A stretch of DNA of 64,000 nucleotides from Candidatus Nanopelagicales bacterium. Its GTDB lineage: Bacteria; Actinomycetota; Actinomycetes; S36-B12. The stretch lies in assembly GCA_018609125.1 (NCBI GenBank), contig JABAYF010000003.1:8879-72878 (forward strand), given 5' to 3'. How positions within the stretch are numbered: the first letter of the stretch is position 1; each line of letters starts with the position of its first letter. Shown one piece after another: positions 1 to 10,239 of this stretch. Under the pieces are notes generated by a model. It had not been told where the DNA came from. It was given only the letters and a program-made list of their open reading frames with translations, and made no database searches. The translations under genes were made by a program, and so were the position numbers.

Positions 1-468
1 AACCATGACCACCGCGTGCGGGTTTGGCGCCCACACCGCCATACCCGACCAACTTCGTTCGCCAAAGGTAACGTCCGTTGGCGCCTGAATTCCCCGATCG
101 CTCGCCCGACCCATGGTGATCGAGACATCACCGTCGCCGGGGCAGTTCGCCCAGATCAGACCACTGCGGGTATCGAAACTGAACTCACCGGCCGAGTGGT
201 AGGACTTATCGACGAGGTAGCGGGCAAACACACGGGCCCCATTGCCGCACATTTCTGCGACGGAACCATCGGCATTGCGGTAATCCATGAAATAGCCGTG
301 ATCGACCGAGCGAACCACGCGCAGAACACCATCGCCACCGATGCCGCGGTGCCGGTCGCACAGGGCCTGAATAAGGCGGGGGTGAAGATCAAGATCGTCA
401 TTGAGATCGGGGATGACAATGAAGTCATTTCCCGTGCCGTGACCCTTGGCAAATTCAATACCTGTCAT
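1..468 (-). CDS. dapF: diaminopimelate epimerase, N-terminal 156 codons (gene continues past the left edge)
   Basis: Own translation of the minus strand from ATG at 468: MTGIEFAKGHGTGNDFIVIPD...DGSVAEMCGNGARVFARYL, with GNDF and catalytic CGNG motifs. It is missing from the ORF track because it has no stop inside the window. The listed + ORF 16..483 is its shadow. Confidence 0.85.
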   Translation of the reverse strand, partial: MTGIEFAKGHGTGNDFIVIPDLNDDLDLHPRLIQALCDRHRGIGGDGVLRVVRSVDHGYFMDYRNADGSVAEMCGNGARVFARYLVDKSYHSAGEFSFDTRSGLIWANCPGDGDVSITMGRASDRGIQAPTDVTFGERSWSGMAVWAPNPHAVVMV

Positions 469-502
469 CACTGGGAAGTCTAATGCCTTCACCGACATAC
501 CT

Positions 503-1633
503 TCACTTCATCGTCCCACCGCTGCCGCAGATAGCCTGGTCATACGCAGCGTGTGCAGCTGCGTGTACCTGCTCCCAGTCACAACCGGGTGGTACAGCCG
601 CATGTGCCTGCACAGCTGCCATGCGCACATTATCGCTGGCCAAGGCCACGATGGCTTCGGTGATGCCAAGGTCGTCGTTTGCCAAGATCCCATCCAACCC
701 GTCCGTGAGAAACTCCCCCGCACCCGTCTGACTACGAACGATCACCGGCACTCCACTTGCCCGCGCCTCGAGAGCAGCGATACCGAAAGATTCACGTACC
801 GACGCTTGAACGAAAAGGTCGCTGTGAGCGAACTCCCGTTGAATGCCCCTGCGATCTAGGCGACCCGTGAGACGAATCGATTCGCCCATTCCATGGTGGT
901 CAATGCGGCGTTGCACGATGGCACGAGCCGGCCCGTCTCCGATGATGTGGGTAACCACATCCTTCGTTGGCGACAATCTTGCAGTAGCAGCCACAATCGC
1001 ATCAATCAGGGGAACAGCACGCTTGCGCGGCGCCAACCGAAGGACAGAGACCAGTTGCAACACATCAGGATCTGGCTGCCACTCGCGCAACGGCCAAAGC
1101 GACGCGTCAATACCGTTGGGGATAACGCCGACGGGCACACGAAGTTGTCGGTGCACTATTTCAGCCGCAACTGAACTCACGGCCGTCACCACCGTGTGAT
1201 CGTCACGCCATGGCAGCGCGGATACGAGGAGGCGGTGACCAGGCTGGGCAAGGGGACCCCAGATGCTGTGCACGGTGACAACTCGGGGCACCTTGGCTTG
1301 CGCCGTGGCACGAAGGGCACTCCACGCAAAGGGGGACACAACTCCGGTGTGCACGTGAACAACATCGGGTTGCCATGAGCGAAGAAGTTGACCGGTTCGG
1401 CGACCGGCCCGTGGGTGAACCGGTAGGTCGCCTGGGACGTGTGCGGCTACCCGAAAGACGGTCACCGCACCGTCGCTATCCCGGCCCGACCGAACGGTGC
1501 CCGCACCTGGAGTCGCCGTAATGACACATACGTCGTGACCGGCTGCCGACTGCGAGCGGGCAAGCGCGCCCACCTGAGTTTCGATGCCGCCGGTTCGCGG
1601 CGCGTAACAGTCAGAAACATGGGCGATGCGCAC
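503..1633 (-). CDS. glycosyltransferase family 4 (retaining GT-B)
   Basis: N-terminus MRIAHVSDCYAPRTGGIETQV and C-terminal ESFGIAALEARASGVPVIV (E-x7-E) are typical GT4 signatures. 376 aa. Confidence 0.8.
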   Translation of the reverse strand: MRIAHVSDCYAPRTGGIETQVGALARSQSAAGHDVCVITATPGAGTVRSGRDSDGAVTVFRVAAHVPGDLPVHPRAGRRTGQLLRSWQPDVVHVHTGVVSPFAWSALRATAQAKVPRVVTVHSIWGPLAQPGHRLLVSALPWRDDHTVVTAVSSVAAEIVHRQLRVPVGVIPNGIDASLWPLREWQPDPDVLQLVSVLRLAPRKRAVPLIDAIVAATARLSPTKDVVTHIIGDGPARAIVQRRIDHHGMGESIRLTGRLDRRGIQREFAHSDLFVQASVRESFGIAALEARASGVPVIVRSQTGAGEFLTDGLDGILANDDLGITEAIVALASDNVRMAAVQAHAAVPPGCDWEQVHAAAHAAYDQAICGSGGTMK

Positions 1634-2410
1634 AGCGGTTTACGCTACGCGACACTTGAACCTGTGACCACGCTGGCATTCGTTCATGCCCACCCCGATG
1701 ATGAGGCACTCCTCACCGCCGGCACCATGGCCCGCGCGGCGGCGCTCGGACATCGGGTGGTGTTGATCACCGCCACTGACGGTGCTGCCGGACTGACCAG
1801 CCAGGAGTTCGCTGTCGACCTCGTAGAGCATCGCCAAAAGGAACTGCTCCGGTCGGCCGAGGTCTTACACACCGCAGCGGTGCACACCCTCGGATATCGC
1901 GACTCGGGTTTGACAGGTGCTGCCCCCGGAGGTTTCGCACAACTACCGGTCGCCGACGCAGCCGACTCCATTCGCACTATCGCAGAATCGGAGGCAGTTG
2001 ATGTACTCATCGGGTATGACCCCGCCGGTGGCTATGGCCATCCCGACCACCTGCAGGTGCACGCCGCTACCCGGGCGGCCCACGCACTCTTGGACCCGAC
2101 CGTTCGCCTCTTTGAGGCAACCCTCCCGCGCGAACCCATCGCCCGCGTGGCTGCGGGTGCTGCCGCGTTGCGACTGACCCCAGCCACCTTCGATCCGAAA
2201 GAGTTTGCCCGCGCCTGGACCCCACGCAACCACATCACGCACCGGGTCAACGTGCGCGGTTACCTACACCAAAAGCGAGAAAGCATGCGCTCCCATGCCA
2301 GCCAAAGGGTGGCCGATGACAGCGTGCGCACCCTGGCAATGCTCGCCCGACTACCAGCGCCCGTGTTCGCCGCGCTGCTGGGCACCGAATACTACGTAGC
2401 GGTGTCCTGA
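1619..2410 (+). CDS. PIG-L/LmbE family N-acetylglucosaminyl deacetylase
   Basis: AFVHAHPDDEAL and GYGHPDHLQVH zinc-binding motifs of the PIG-L family. Start is uncertain: ATG 1619 overlaps the divergent GT start by 15 nt, and GTG 1664 (VTTLAFVHAHPDDE) is the alternative. Confidence 0.75.
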   Translation: MGDAHSGLRYATLEPVTTLAFVHAHPDDEALLTAGTMARAAALGHRVVLITATDGAAGLTSQEFAVDLVEHRQKELLRSAEVLHTAAVHTLGYRDSGLTGAAPGGFAQLPVADAADSIRTIAESEAVDVLIGYDPAGGYGHPDHLQVHAATRAAHALLDPTVRLFEATLPREPIARVAAGAAALRLTPATFDPKEFARAWTPRNHITHRVNVRGYLHQKRESMRSHASQRVADDSVRTLAMLARLPAPVFAALLGTEYYVAVS

Positions 2411-3321
2411 ACGACCTGTTCAGCGAGTTTCATCGCGTCTTCGTCACCGTCGAGCCAGGTGATGCGCCGATCCTGACGGAAGCGGCGCTGCTGTCGCCGA
2501 GCGAACCGTTGTGTTGCCACCACGGTGGCCTCCATCGCCTGCTCCTGCGTGCTGCGACCCGCTAGGTGATCTGTGATCTGGGAATAGCCCAGTGCTCTTT
2601 CAGCCGTACGGCCAAAACCCGATTCGCTTAACGCCGCGACTTCCCCGAGCCAACCGGCCGCCCACATCTGTTCTACCCGGTTGCGAATTCTGCTGTCCAA
2701 TACGGCTCGATCAACGTCGATTCCGTACCAGCGCGTGGGACACCACGAGGTGGGCTGGGGCAGACTACTGGTGAACCCTCCCTGCAACTCAACGACTTCT
2801 AGAGCTCGTACGATGCGTCGACCGTTAGAGGGCAGTATGCTCTGTGCTGCAGTTGGATCGAGCCTGGTGAGCTCAATATGCAGCGCAACGGCGCCTTCAC
2901 TAGCAAGACGTTGCTCCCAGCGAGCCCGCACGATCGGATCGGTGGGTGGGAACTGAAAATCATCAACAATCGCTTGAACGTAGAGCCACGATCCGCCCAC
3001 AACAACAGGTGTGGCGCCAGCAGCCACGACACTGGCCAAGGCGCGGCGCGCCTCATCACGAAACTCGACCACGCTCACCTCGTGCGTTGGCTCCCACACA
3101 TCAATAACGTGGTGGCAAATACGCTCTTGATCCGCCCGCGTTGGTTTGGCCGTGCCGATGTCCATACCGCGATAGCCCTGCATCGAATCCGCGTTAATGA
3201 TCTCCCCGGACGCCAGGGCGCACACCTGCATGGCGACGGCTGACTTACCGGCCGCGGTGGGTCCCACCAGGGCGATGGCTGGCTTGTTAGCCGACAACGG
3301 GCTGCCAGTCAGCCACGGCAT
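2392..3321 (-). CDS. miaA: tRNA dimethylallyltransferase
   Basis: P-loop ALVGPTAAGKSAVAM, then DSMQGYRGMDIGTAKP, and conserved position next to miaB. Start is uncertain (ATG 3321/3342 or TTG 3297). Confidence 0.85.
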   Translation of the reverse strand: MPWLTGSPLSANKPAIALVGPTAAGKSAVAMQVCALASGEIINADSMQGYRGMDIGTAKPTRADQERICHHVIDVWEPTHEVSVVEFRDEARRALASVVAAGATPVVVGGSWLYVQAIVDDFQFPPTDPIVRARWEQRLASEGAVALHIELTRLDPTAAQSILPSNGRRIVRALEVVELQGGFTSSLPQPTSWCPTRWYGIDVDRAVLDSRIRNRVEQMWAAGWLGEVAALSESGFGRTAERALGYSQITDHLAGRSTQEQAMEATVVATQRFARRQQRRFRQDRRITWLDGDEDAMKLAEQVVQDTAT

Positions 3322-4033
3322 AGAGCACGCCGTAGGGATCATCGAGGTGACGCACTTCACCGTGCCAGTTCCGCCCCGACCCACTCACAATTTCAGCCGC
3401 CAGTGCCCAGGCACCCAACCCCTGGCTACCAAATGCGGCAGCGTCACGGTTGCGGTCGGCGTGGGTGAACCAATCGGTGTTCACCGACGTAAGCGCATCG
3501 GTGAGTTCCGCATCGTGTTCAATCGCGCCCAGCACCTCAGACCCGGGCGCCTTGGGCCCACGACAGCAGGACCCATCGGCGACAACCAGCAGACCAATCT
3601 GCCCGTGGCGGTTCAGGGCTTCGTTGAGTTCCCTTGTCCCCGGCGCTGTGTCGGTGCCGAACCCCTGAGTCGGACAGATGAAGTAGGAACGCCGATGGCT
3701 GCTGTGTACTGAGTTCAGCAGCCACGCGGCCACCATGATCGGTACCGGCACTTGTCTCGAATCGGTCGTGGGCGTTGCATTGGGTGCCAGGCCCTCCACT
3801 CCGACATAACCCACCGGTGCCCACGTACCCCAGCCTTGCGCGGGGCTCGATGAAATGTGGGTCGCTGCCGGGGTTCCTGCCAGCACCACCACTTCGTCGC
3901 ACGCTTCATTGAGTTCGCGGGTCACATTCAGCGCAGCGGCACGTAACCCGGATAGTTCTTCGGCAGCACCGGCAGCGATGGCGGGCACTAACAGCGCCGT
4001 CGCGGGCACCGACGCAACCATGCGCAGGGTCAT
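3287..4033 (-). CDS. conserved hypothetical protein between miaB and miaA
   Basis: 249-aa ORF whose ATG (4033) overlaps the miaB stop in an ATGA junction, and whose 3' end overlaps the miaA start. No motif I can assign. I recall homologues annotated as extradiol-dioxygenase-subunit-B-like but cannot verify this. Confidence 0.55.
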   Translation of the reverse strand: MTLRMVASVPATALLVPAIAAGAAEELSGLRAAALNVTRELNEACDEVVVLAGTPAATHISSSPAQGWGTWAPVGYVGVEGLAPNATPTTDSRQVPVPIMVAAWLLNSVHSSHRRSYFICPTQGFGTDTAPGTRELNEALNRHGQIGLLVVADGSCCRGPKAPGSEVLGAIEHDAELTDALTSVNTDWFTHADRNRDAAAFGSQGLGAWALAAEIVSGSGRNWHGEVRHLDDPYGVLYAVADWQPVVG

Positions 4034-5463
4034 GGCAGCGTGGGCATCGCCAAGAACACCCCGGGTGCAGTATCTGCCTTTTTGGTAACGCCCAGTGACC
4101 ATGCGTCACCGGCCCTGGTGGGGATCACGCCGATGACTTCGTCAGCTACCAGATGGTGGGGCGCGGCGTGGGTGACCTTGGCGCGCACAAAGTCACCGGG
4201 GCGGGCATCAGCGTGGTGAGCAACATGGACGAGTCGATTGTCTTTGGCACGACCAGATAGTCGTTCGGTAGCAGCATCTTTACGACCCTCAACCTGGCTC
4301 AGCAGCACCTCAACCTCGGTTCCCAGAAGGGTGGTGTTGATCTGCCAAGCGATGTCCTTCACGACCTCGGCTAACCGTTCGTAACGCTCCTGTACAACAC
4401 TTTTTGGGATCTGATCATCCATGGTGGCCGCCGGCGTACCCGGCCGCGGTGAATACTGGAAGGTGTAGGCACCGGCAAACCGGGCCTGCTCCACCACGTG
4501 AAGGGTGTCGAGGAAGTCCTGTTCGGTTTCGCCGGGAAAACCAACAATGATGTCGGTGGTAATCGCAGCGTGGGGAATCACCTCGCGGACCCGATCAATG
4601 ATGCCCAGATAGCGCTGCTGGCGGTAGGACCGACGCATCCGCTGCAGCACCGAGTCCGAGCCAGACTGCAGCGGCATATGCAACTGGGGCATCACATTGT
4701 GTGTCTGCGCCATCGCTTCGATCACATCATCGGTGAAGTCCCGCGGGTGCGGACTGGTGAAACGCACCCTTTCCAGGCCGGAAATATCGCCGCATGCGCG
4801 CAGCAGGTCGGCGAATGCTCCACGATCGCCAACCTCCACCCCGTAGGCGTTGACGTTTTGACCTAGCAGCGTCACTTCGATCACTCCCTGGTCCACCAGG
4901 GCCTTGATTTCGGCAAGGATGTCGCTGGGGCGACGGTCCTTCTCAGTGCCCCGAAGGCTGGGCACAATACAAAAAGTGCAGGTGTTATTACACCCCACAC
5001 TGATCGACACCCACGCTGAGGAAACTGAGTCTCTCTTCGTGGGCAGCGTGGAAGGGAAAACCTCGAGGCTTTCTAGGATTTCCACCTGGGCCTCCTGCTG
5101 AATGCGGGAGCGCTCCAGGAGCACCGGGAGAGAACCAAGGTTGTGCGTACCAAACACCACGTCAACCCACGGTGCTCGCTGCACGACAGTGTCGCGGTCC
5201 TTCTGGGCTAGACATCCCCCCACCGCGATCTGCATACCGGGACGGTTGGCTTTGATCGGGGCGAGGTAACCCAGATTGCCATAGAGCCGATTGTCAGCAT
5301 TTTCCCGAACCGCACAGGTGTTGAACACCACCACATCAGCCTGAGCATCGGCCTGCGCTGCCACGTACCCCGCTGCTTCCAAGACTCCGGTAATACGTTC
5401 GGAGTCATGCACGTTCATCTGGCAGCCGTAAGTCCGTACCTCATAACTTCGTGCCGGTGACAT
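4030..5463 (-). CDS. miaB: tRNA-2-methylthio-N6-dimethylallyladenosine synthase (radical SAM methylthiotransferase)
   Basis: [12 protein letters not shown]-terminal domain, radical-SAM cluster [15 protein letters not shown]-like C-terminus. Start chosen at [17 protein letters not shown] (ATG 5463) rather than the ORF maximum at 5559. Confidence 0.9.
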   Translation of the reverse strand: MSPARSYEVRTYGCQMNVHDSERITGVLEAAGYVAAQADAQADVVVFNTCAVRENADNRLYGNLGYLAPIKANRPGMQIAVGGCLAQKDRDTVVQRAPWVDVVFGTHNLGSLPVLLERSRIQQEAQVEILESLEVFPSTLPTKRDSVSSAWVSISVGCNNTCTFCIVPSLRGTEKDRRPSDILAEIKALVDQGVIEVTLLGQNVNAYGVEVGDRGAFADLLRACGDISGLERVRFTSPHPRDFTDDVIEAMAQTHNVMPQLHMPLQSGSDSVLQRMRRSYRQQRYLGIIDRVREVIPHAAITTDIIVGFPGETEQDFLDTLHVVEQARFAGAYTFQYSPRPGTPAATMDDQIPKSVVQERYERLAEVVKDIAWQINTTLLGTEVEVLLSQVEGRKDAATERLSGRAKDNRLVHVAHHADARPGDFVRAKVTHAAPHHLVADEVIGVIPTRAGDAWSLGVTKKADTAPGVFLAMPTLP

Positions 5464-5473
5464 GACGAACAAC

Positions 5474-7852
5474 CTAGACCTTGACCTCAAGCAATCGTGG
5501 GTCGGAGTCAGGATCCGGACCGTCCACGTCGGAAACAATTTCGTCCTCGCCGTGTTCAACCTTGATGTTAGGCAGGATGCGATTTAGCCAGCCGGGCAGC
5601 CACCAGTTTGCCTTACCCAGCATGCTCATCAACGACGGCACCAGGATCAACCGCACGATGAATGCATCGATAATGATCGCGCTGGCCAGAGCTATGCCGA
5701 AGAGTTTGATCGTGGAGTCCGGTGAGGGCACGAACGCTAAGAACACGCTGGACATGATGGCCGCGGCAATAGCCACGACGCGCCCTGATCCGGCCAAACC
5801 GCGCCGCACAGATGCTCGATTATCTCCGGTGCGACCCCATTCTTCTTGCATGCGACTCACCAGGAACACCTGATAGTCCATCGACAGTCCGAACAAAATA
5901 GCGAAGACCATGACCGGCAGGAAGGGAAAAATGGGCCCGGTATTGCTGATACCCAATAGCCCTGACGCCCAACCCCACTGAAATATCGCCACCGTGATTC
6001 CCATGGCTGCTGCGAAGGACAGCAGACTGGTGACCGCAGCGGTCAGTGGCACCACGATGGATCGGAACAACACCATCAGGGCGAGGAAGCCCAGGGCAAT
6101 GACAACGCCGAGGAAAATCGGCAGAGCGTCGGTGAGAACTGTCGTGAAGTCTTGCGTCACCGCTTGGGCCCCACCGATATACACCGCGGCCCCCGTGCTC
6201 GCCAGAATGGCCGGATCCGTCACGGTGCGTAGTTGCGTCAACAGGTCGCGGGTGGCCTGATCCTGCGGCGCTGATGCTGGTGTTATGAGTACCGATCCCA
6301 CTAAACCATCGGGAGAAAAGGCGGCCGGATTGTTCAACACCAGTGGCAGCATCTCCACGGTAGGAACCGTGCCGGCAACGCCGGGGGTGTTGGCCAAGTC
6401 GGTGACCGCGGTGGCAAAAGCCTCGGCATCACCGGGCTCTGGCAAGACCACCGCCGCAAAGAACGGGCCATTCGCGCCCGGACCGAAGCCTTCGGCGTTG
6501 AGATCATAGGCAATCCGCTGCGGGCTCCCCTCTGCTCGACCACTTTCATCGGCGAAACCCAAACGTAGTGATAGCAACGGGATTGCCAGCACCAAGACGA
6601 CGCCCAGAGCCACCAGCGTAGGAATGATGGGGCGGCGCTGAAGGAAATGGCCGTAACGGATGAAGTACTTACCCTCTTGGTAAGGCTTGGCCGCCATGCG
6701 CTTCTTGCTTGCCCAGGGCAGGCGCAAGGCAAGGGCCTTACTCCCCAGCAGTGACAGCAGCGCCGGGAGTAACCACAGAGCTGAAAGCATGACCGAAAAC
6801 ACCGTCGCCGCAGCAGCCAGAGACAGACCATTGAAGAAACTGATGCCGAGTACGAAGAGTCCTAGTAGAGCAAAAATCACGGTGATACCGGCAAACTGAA
6901 CAGCGCGACCAGCGGTGTTGACCGCTTCCATCGCGGCCCTCTTGGGATCATGTCCCACCAGCACCGCCTGGCGATATCGATTGAGCACGAACAAGGCGTA
7001 GTCGATACCGACACCTAAACCGATCATGGCGGCAAGTGTGGGGGCAAAGGTGGCGACATCCATGAAACGTGCAACCACCAGAACAAGCATCTGGCCCACG
7101 GCCAAGCCGAACAGAGCCACCGCAATCGGAATGCCCGCGGCCACGACCGAGCCGAAAGCAATCAGCAAGATAATGATGGCAACAAGAATGCCGATCGCTT
7201 CACTTGACGGTGGCGCAGTCGTCGCTAGGTCCAGGATCTGCCCAATCGCCCCCACCTGTAATTCAGGGCTATTGATGGCATCTACGTCGGCCACGAGGGT
7301 GCGCAATTCTTCGGTGGGCACATCGGTGCCGTCGCCGGGAAAACTCACGGTGGCGTACGCCACGGCACCGTCGGCACTAATCGGAGACCGCACCGAGATC
7401 GCGGACTCGATGGCCGGCTGCAACTGTTCGAGTTCTTCAGGGGTGAGGTTTGCGAACGCAGAATTGTCAGCCGGCGCAGGGCAATCGGTACCGAAGGTGG
7501 CACGCGGGCCCGCTGGATTGGCCGGGTCTGCCGGGTAGGGCGATTGCACACACTCCACCGCACTCAGGGTGGAGATCTGTTCTAGAACCGGGGTGACCGT
7601 GTCGACGACGGCAGGATCAAGGACGGTGCCCTGCGTTGGGGACCACACGATGCGCACGCTGGCACCGGAGGAGCCACCGGCATTGGGAAGTTGACCGAGA
7701 TACTCCTGGGCCACCGTGGACTCCGTGTCAGGCAGATCGAAAGAGTCGTTGAGGTTGCCACCGAAACCCAGGCCCACACCAACAGCGATCACCACGGTGA
7801 CGAACCAACTAATAAGCGCAATAACCGGACGACGAACCGCCCAGCGGGCCAT
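5474..7852 (-). CDS. MMPL family (RND superfamily) membrane transporter
   Basis: About 790 aa with two 6-TM bundles separated by soluble loops, and a typical MMPL N-terminus [24 protein letters not shown]. Alternative upstream ATG at 7894. Confidence 0.85.
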   Translation of the reverse strand: MARWAVRRPVIALISWFVTVVIAVGVGLGFGGNLNDSFDLPDTESTVAQEYLGQLPNAGGSSGASVRIVWSPTQGTVLDPAVVDTVTPVLEQISTLSAVECVQSPYPADPANPAGPRATFGTDCPAPADNSAFANLTPEELEQLQPAIESAISVRSPISADGAVAYATVSFPGDGTDVPTEELRTLVADVDAINSPELQVGAIGQILDLATTAPPSSEAIGILVAIIILLIAFGSVVAAGIPIAVALFGLAVGQMLVLVVARFMDVATFAPTLAAMIGLGVGIDYALFVLNRYRQAVLVGHDPKRAAMEAVNTAGRAVQFAGITVIFALLGLFVLGISFFNGLSLAAAATVFSVMLSALWLLPALLSLLGSKALALRLPWASKKRMAAKPYQEGKYFIRYGHFLQRRPIIPTLVALGVVLVLAIPLLSLRLGFADESGRAEGSPQRIAYDLNAEGFGPGANGPFFAAVVLPEPGDAEAFATAVTDLANTPGVAGTVPTVEMLPLVLNNPAAFSPDGLVGSVLITPASAPQDQATRDLLTQLRTVTDPAILASTGAAVYIGGAQAVTQDFTTVLTDALPIFLGVVIALGFLALMVLFRSIVVPLTAAVTSLLSFAAAMGITVAIFQWGWASGLLGISNTGPIFPFLPVMVFAILFGLSMDYQVFLVSRMQEEWGRTGDNRASVRRGLAGSGRVVAIAAAIMSSVFLAFVPSPDSTIKLFGIALASAIIIDAFIVRLILVPSLMSMLGKANWWLPGWLNRILPNIKVEHGEDEIVSDVDGPDPDSDPRLLEVKV

Positions 7853-7920
7853 GATTCCCACGATCGAACACTCCCTCAATGCCCGCACGGACATTTCGAT
7901 TGAAGTACAACAACTTGAGG

Positions 7921-7935
7921 AATATAGACTATATT
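7921..7935. promoter_or_regulatory. perfect 15-bp palindrome AATATAGaCTATATT, probable MarR operator in the MMPL/MarR divergent spacer
   Basis: Read directly. It lies in the only AT-rich stretch of the window (7900-7941), between divergent genes, and is flanked by ACAACT (7910-7915) and AGTTGT (7936-7941). Confidence 0.45.
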
Positions 7936-7941
7936 AGTTGT

Positions 7942-8532
7942 GTGACACACGCAAATGACGTCCCGGGTCTTCATCGGGCGTCTCCAGAACCCCGGGAGGA
8001 GACTCTCGCCCGGCTAGCCCACTCAATAAATCGTATGCGTCGCATTGTCACTCGTCCCCCCGCTGGTGGAGTGGTGATTAGTGCCCTAGGCCGTCATGTT
8101 GACCTAGCAAAGATCGTGGCCTGTGAAGCGGTGTCTGATCTAAGTCTCGTGGCTACCCCGGTGACGGTGTCCGACGTGGCCGCTGCCTTGCGGTTGGATC
8201 GCTCAACAGTGAGCCGCCTGATGGGTGAATGCGAAACTGACGGCTTGGTGCACCGGGTACGACTGAATACCGATGCGCGACGTGTGGGGCTAGAACTCAC
8301 TGCCGATGGCCAGGCGGTGATTGCAGAGTCCATGCATGAACGAGGGCGCTTTTTAGGCTTCGTAACGCAGGGTTTTAACGAACCAGACCTGGAAAATTTT
8401 GTGGCACTCCTGGAACGCTTCGCCGATTCAGTGACCACCGGGCTAGACCAGTGGCTTACCCATCAGGCGACCTGCACACCGGCGGTCTACGAGACGTCGA
8501 CCGAATCCAAAGCTTCACGCACGACCGAGTAG
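7942..8532 (+). CDS. MarR family transcriptional regulator
   Basis: Winged-helix region VTVSDVAAALRLDRSTVSRLMGECETDGLVHRVRLNTDARRVGLELTADG. Start is uncertain: GTG 7942 was chosen, because the ORF-track ATG 7879 would overlap the divergent MMPL gene. Confidence 0.75.
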   Translation: MTHANDVPGLHRASPEPREETLARLAHSINRMRRIVTRPPAGGVVISALGRHVDLAKIVACEAVSDLSLVATPVTVSDVAAALRLDRSTVSRLMGECETDGLVHRVRLNTDARRVGLELTADGQAVIAESMHERGRFLGFVTQGFNEPDLENFVALLERFADSVTTGLDQWLTHQATCTPAVYETSTESKASRTTE

Positions 8533-9002
8533 GCCAGGGCGGATGAATAGCCTTTGCGCGACAACTGTCCAACGAGGCGACGAATAACCACCTCCGTCTC
8601 AAGGTGGTGCATGCGAGGCAGTTTGTTGTGCACCAAGGCCGTGGCGCGCTCTCGCTCATCATCATGATCGATCAGCTCTAACGCCTGATCAATGGTTTCC
8701 GGTGCCACTCCTTTACGACGCAGTTCCAGGCCGAGCACGCGCCGAGCCAAGCCCCGCCCTCGATGGCGGGAGGTGACCCAGGCGGCGGCGAAGGCAGCAT
8801 CATCGATAAGGCCGACCTCGCAGAACCGGTCCAAGACCTCGGTGATCGCTCCTGCTGGCACACCTTTGTCGGACAGGGTGATGTGCAGCTCATGGCGGGT
8901 GCGTGGGGCTGCCTCCAGTCGCCGTAACACGATGATGCGCGCTAGAGCGACCGGATCGGCCTCGTCAGGTGCAGATTGTTCAGGCATCCATTCTTTAGAC
9001 AT
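8487..9002 (-). CDS. recX: recombination regulator RecX
   Basis: Immediately downstream of recA. Repeated three-helix RecX pattern (LIDDAAFAAAWVTSR..., LELRRKGV). 171 aa. Confidence 0.85.
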   Translation of the reverse strand: MSKEWMPEQSAPDEADPVALARIIVLRRLEAAPRTRHELHITLSDKGVPAGAITEVLDRFCEVGLIDDAAFAAAWVTSRHRGRGLARRVLGLELRRKGVAPETIDQALELIDHDDERERATALVHNKLPRMHHLETEVVIRRLVGQLSRKGYSSALAYSVVREALDSVDVS

Positions 9003-9014
9003 GGCGTGTGACGC

Positions 9015-10112
9015 CTAGTCGATGGGCACCACGTCGACCGGGGCGTCCAGGTCAGGGGTTGACTCGGGTGCGTCTGCCTTGGCGTCTAGTCCCAGCGCTT
9101 CGCGGATGCGTTTTTCGATTTCTAGGGCCAGGTCTGGGTTATCCCGCATGAACGCACGGGCATTTTCTTTGCCCTGACCTAGTTGGTCACCCTCGTAGGT
9201 GTACCAAGCGCCAGACTTCTTCACGATGCCGGTGTCGACGCCCACGTCGATCAGACTGCCCTCGCGAGAAATACCCTCGCCATACAAAATATCGAACTCG
9301 GCGAGTTTGAATGGCGGTGCCATTTTGTTCTTAACGACCTTGACGCGAGTGCGGTTACCCACCGCTTCGGTGCCACCCTTGAGCGTTTCGATGCGACGCA
9401 CATCGAGTCGAACCGAAGCATAGAACTTCAGTGCCTTTCCACCGGTGGTGGTTTCCGGTGAGCCGAACATCACGCCAATCTTTTCGCGCAACTGGTTGAT
9501 GAAGATGGCTGTGGTGCCGGTGGTGCTCAGCGCACCAGCCATCTTGCGCAGAGCCTGGCTCATCAGTCGGGCCTGGAGGCCAACGTGGCTGTCGCCCATC
9601 TCTCCTTCGATCTCCGCACGTGGCACCAGCGCAGCCACGGAGTCAATGACGATGAGGTCTACCGCACCAGAACGCACCAGGGTGTCGGTGATTTCCAGGG
9701 CCTGTTCACCGGTATCCGGCTGGGAGACATAGAGGCTGTCGAGGTCGACACCGAGGTTGGCCGCATAGGTAGGGTCAAGGGCATGTTCGGCATCAATCAT
9801 GGCCGCGATTCCACCGGCAGCCTGGACATTGGCGATGGCGTGGAGAGCCACGGTGGTTTTGCCAGAACTTTCTGGGCCGTAGATCTCCACGATGCGCCCA
9901 TGCGGATAGCCACCGATACCGAGGGCCAGATCAAGAGCGACTGAACCAGAGGGAATGACATCAACCGGGGGGCGGCCTTCTTCGCCAAGACGCATCACCG
10001 AGCCCTTGCCAAATTGACGTTCAATATGGGCTAGCGCGGTTTCTAGTGCCTTCTCGCGGTCAGCGCCGGGGACCGGGTGGCGCGAGGTCTGGTTCTTACT
10101 GGACGAGGCCAT
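9015..10112 (-). CDS. recA: recombinase RecA (no intein)
   Basis: GPESSGKTT Walker [11 protein letters not shown] Walker B, and a near-complete canonical RecA sequence. Confidence 0.97.
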   Translation of the reverse strand: MASSSKNQTSRHPVPGADREKALETALAHIERQFGKGSVMRLGEEGRPPVDVIPSGSVALDLALGIGGYPHGRIVEIYGPESSGKTTVALHAIANVQAAGGIAAMIDAEHALDPTYAANLGVDLDSLYVSQPDTGEQALEITDTLVRSGAVDLIVIDSVAALVPRAEIEGEMGDSHVGLQARLMSQALRKMAGALSTTGTTAIFINQLREKIGVMFGSPETTTGGKALKFYASVRLDVRRIETLKGGTEAVGNRTRVKVVKNKMAPPFKLAEFDILYGEGISREGSLIDVGVDTGIVKKSGAWYTYEGDQLGQGKENARAFMRDNPDLALEIEKRIREALGLDAKADAPESTPDLDAPVDVVPID

Positions 10113-10166
10113 CAGTACTCCTTGCTCGGGTCTGGGCGGACACAGGCTGCGCCGCCGATGTGACAG

Positions 10167-10188
10167 AACCTAAGGAACAGGTCTGACA
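10167..10188 (-). promoter_or_regulatory. RecA-NDp / PafBC-type DNA-damage promoter motif upstream of recA
   Basis: Minus strand reads TGTCAGAC-ctgttcct-TAGGTT, which fits the mycobacterial consensus tTGTCRgtg-N8-TAnnnT. It ends 55 nt upstream of the recA start. Confidence 0.45.
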
Positions 10189-10239
10189 TCACGCTGTAGT
10201 GATCGCGGGAACGGGGAGAACTCCGCGACCAACCACAGC

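Noticed and set aside
16-483. 155-aa + strand ORF at the left edge
   Set aside because: The opposite strand encodes a clear DapF N-terminus (GNDF, CGNG motifs), so the + ORF is its shadow.
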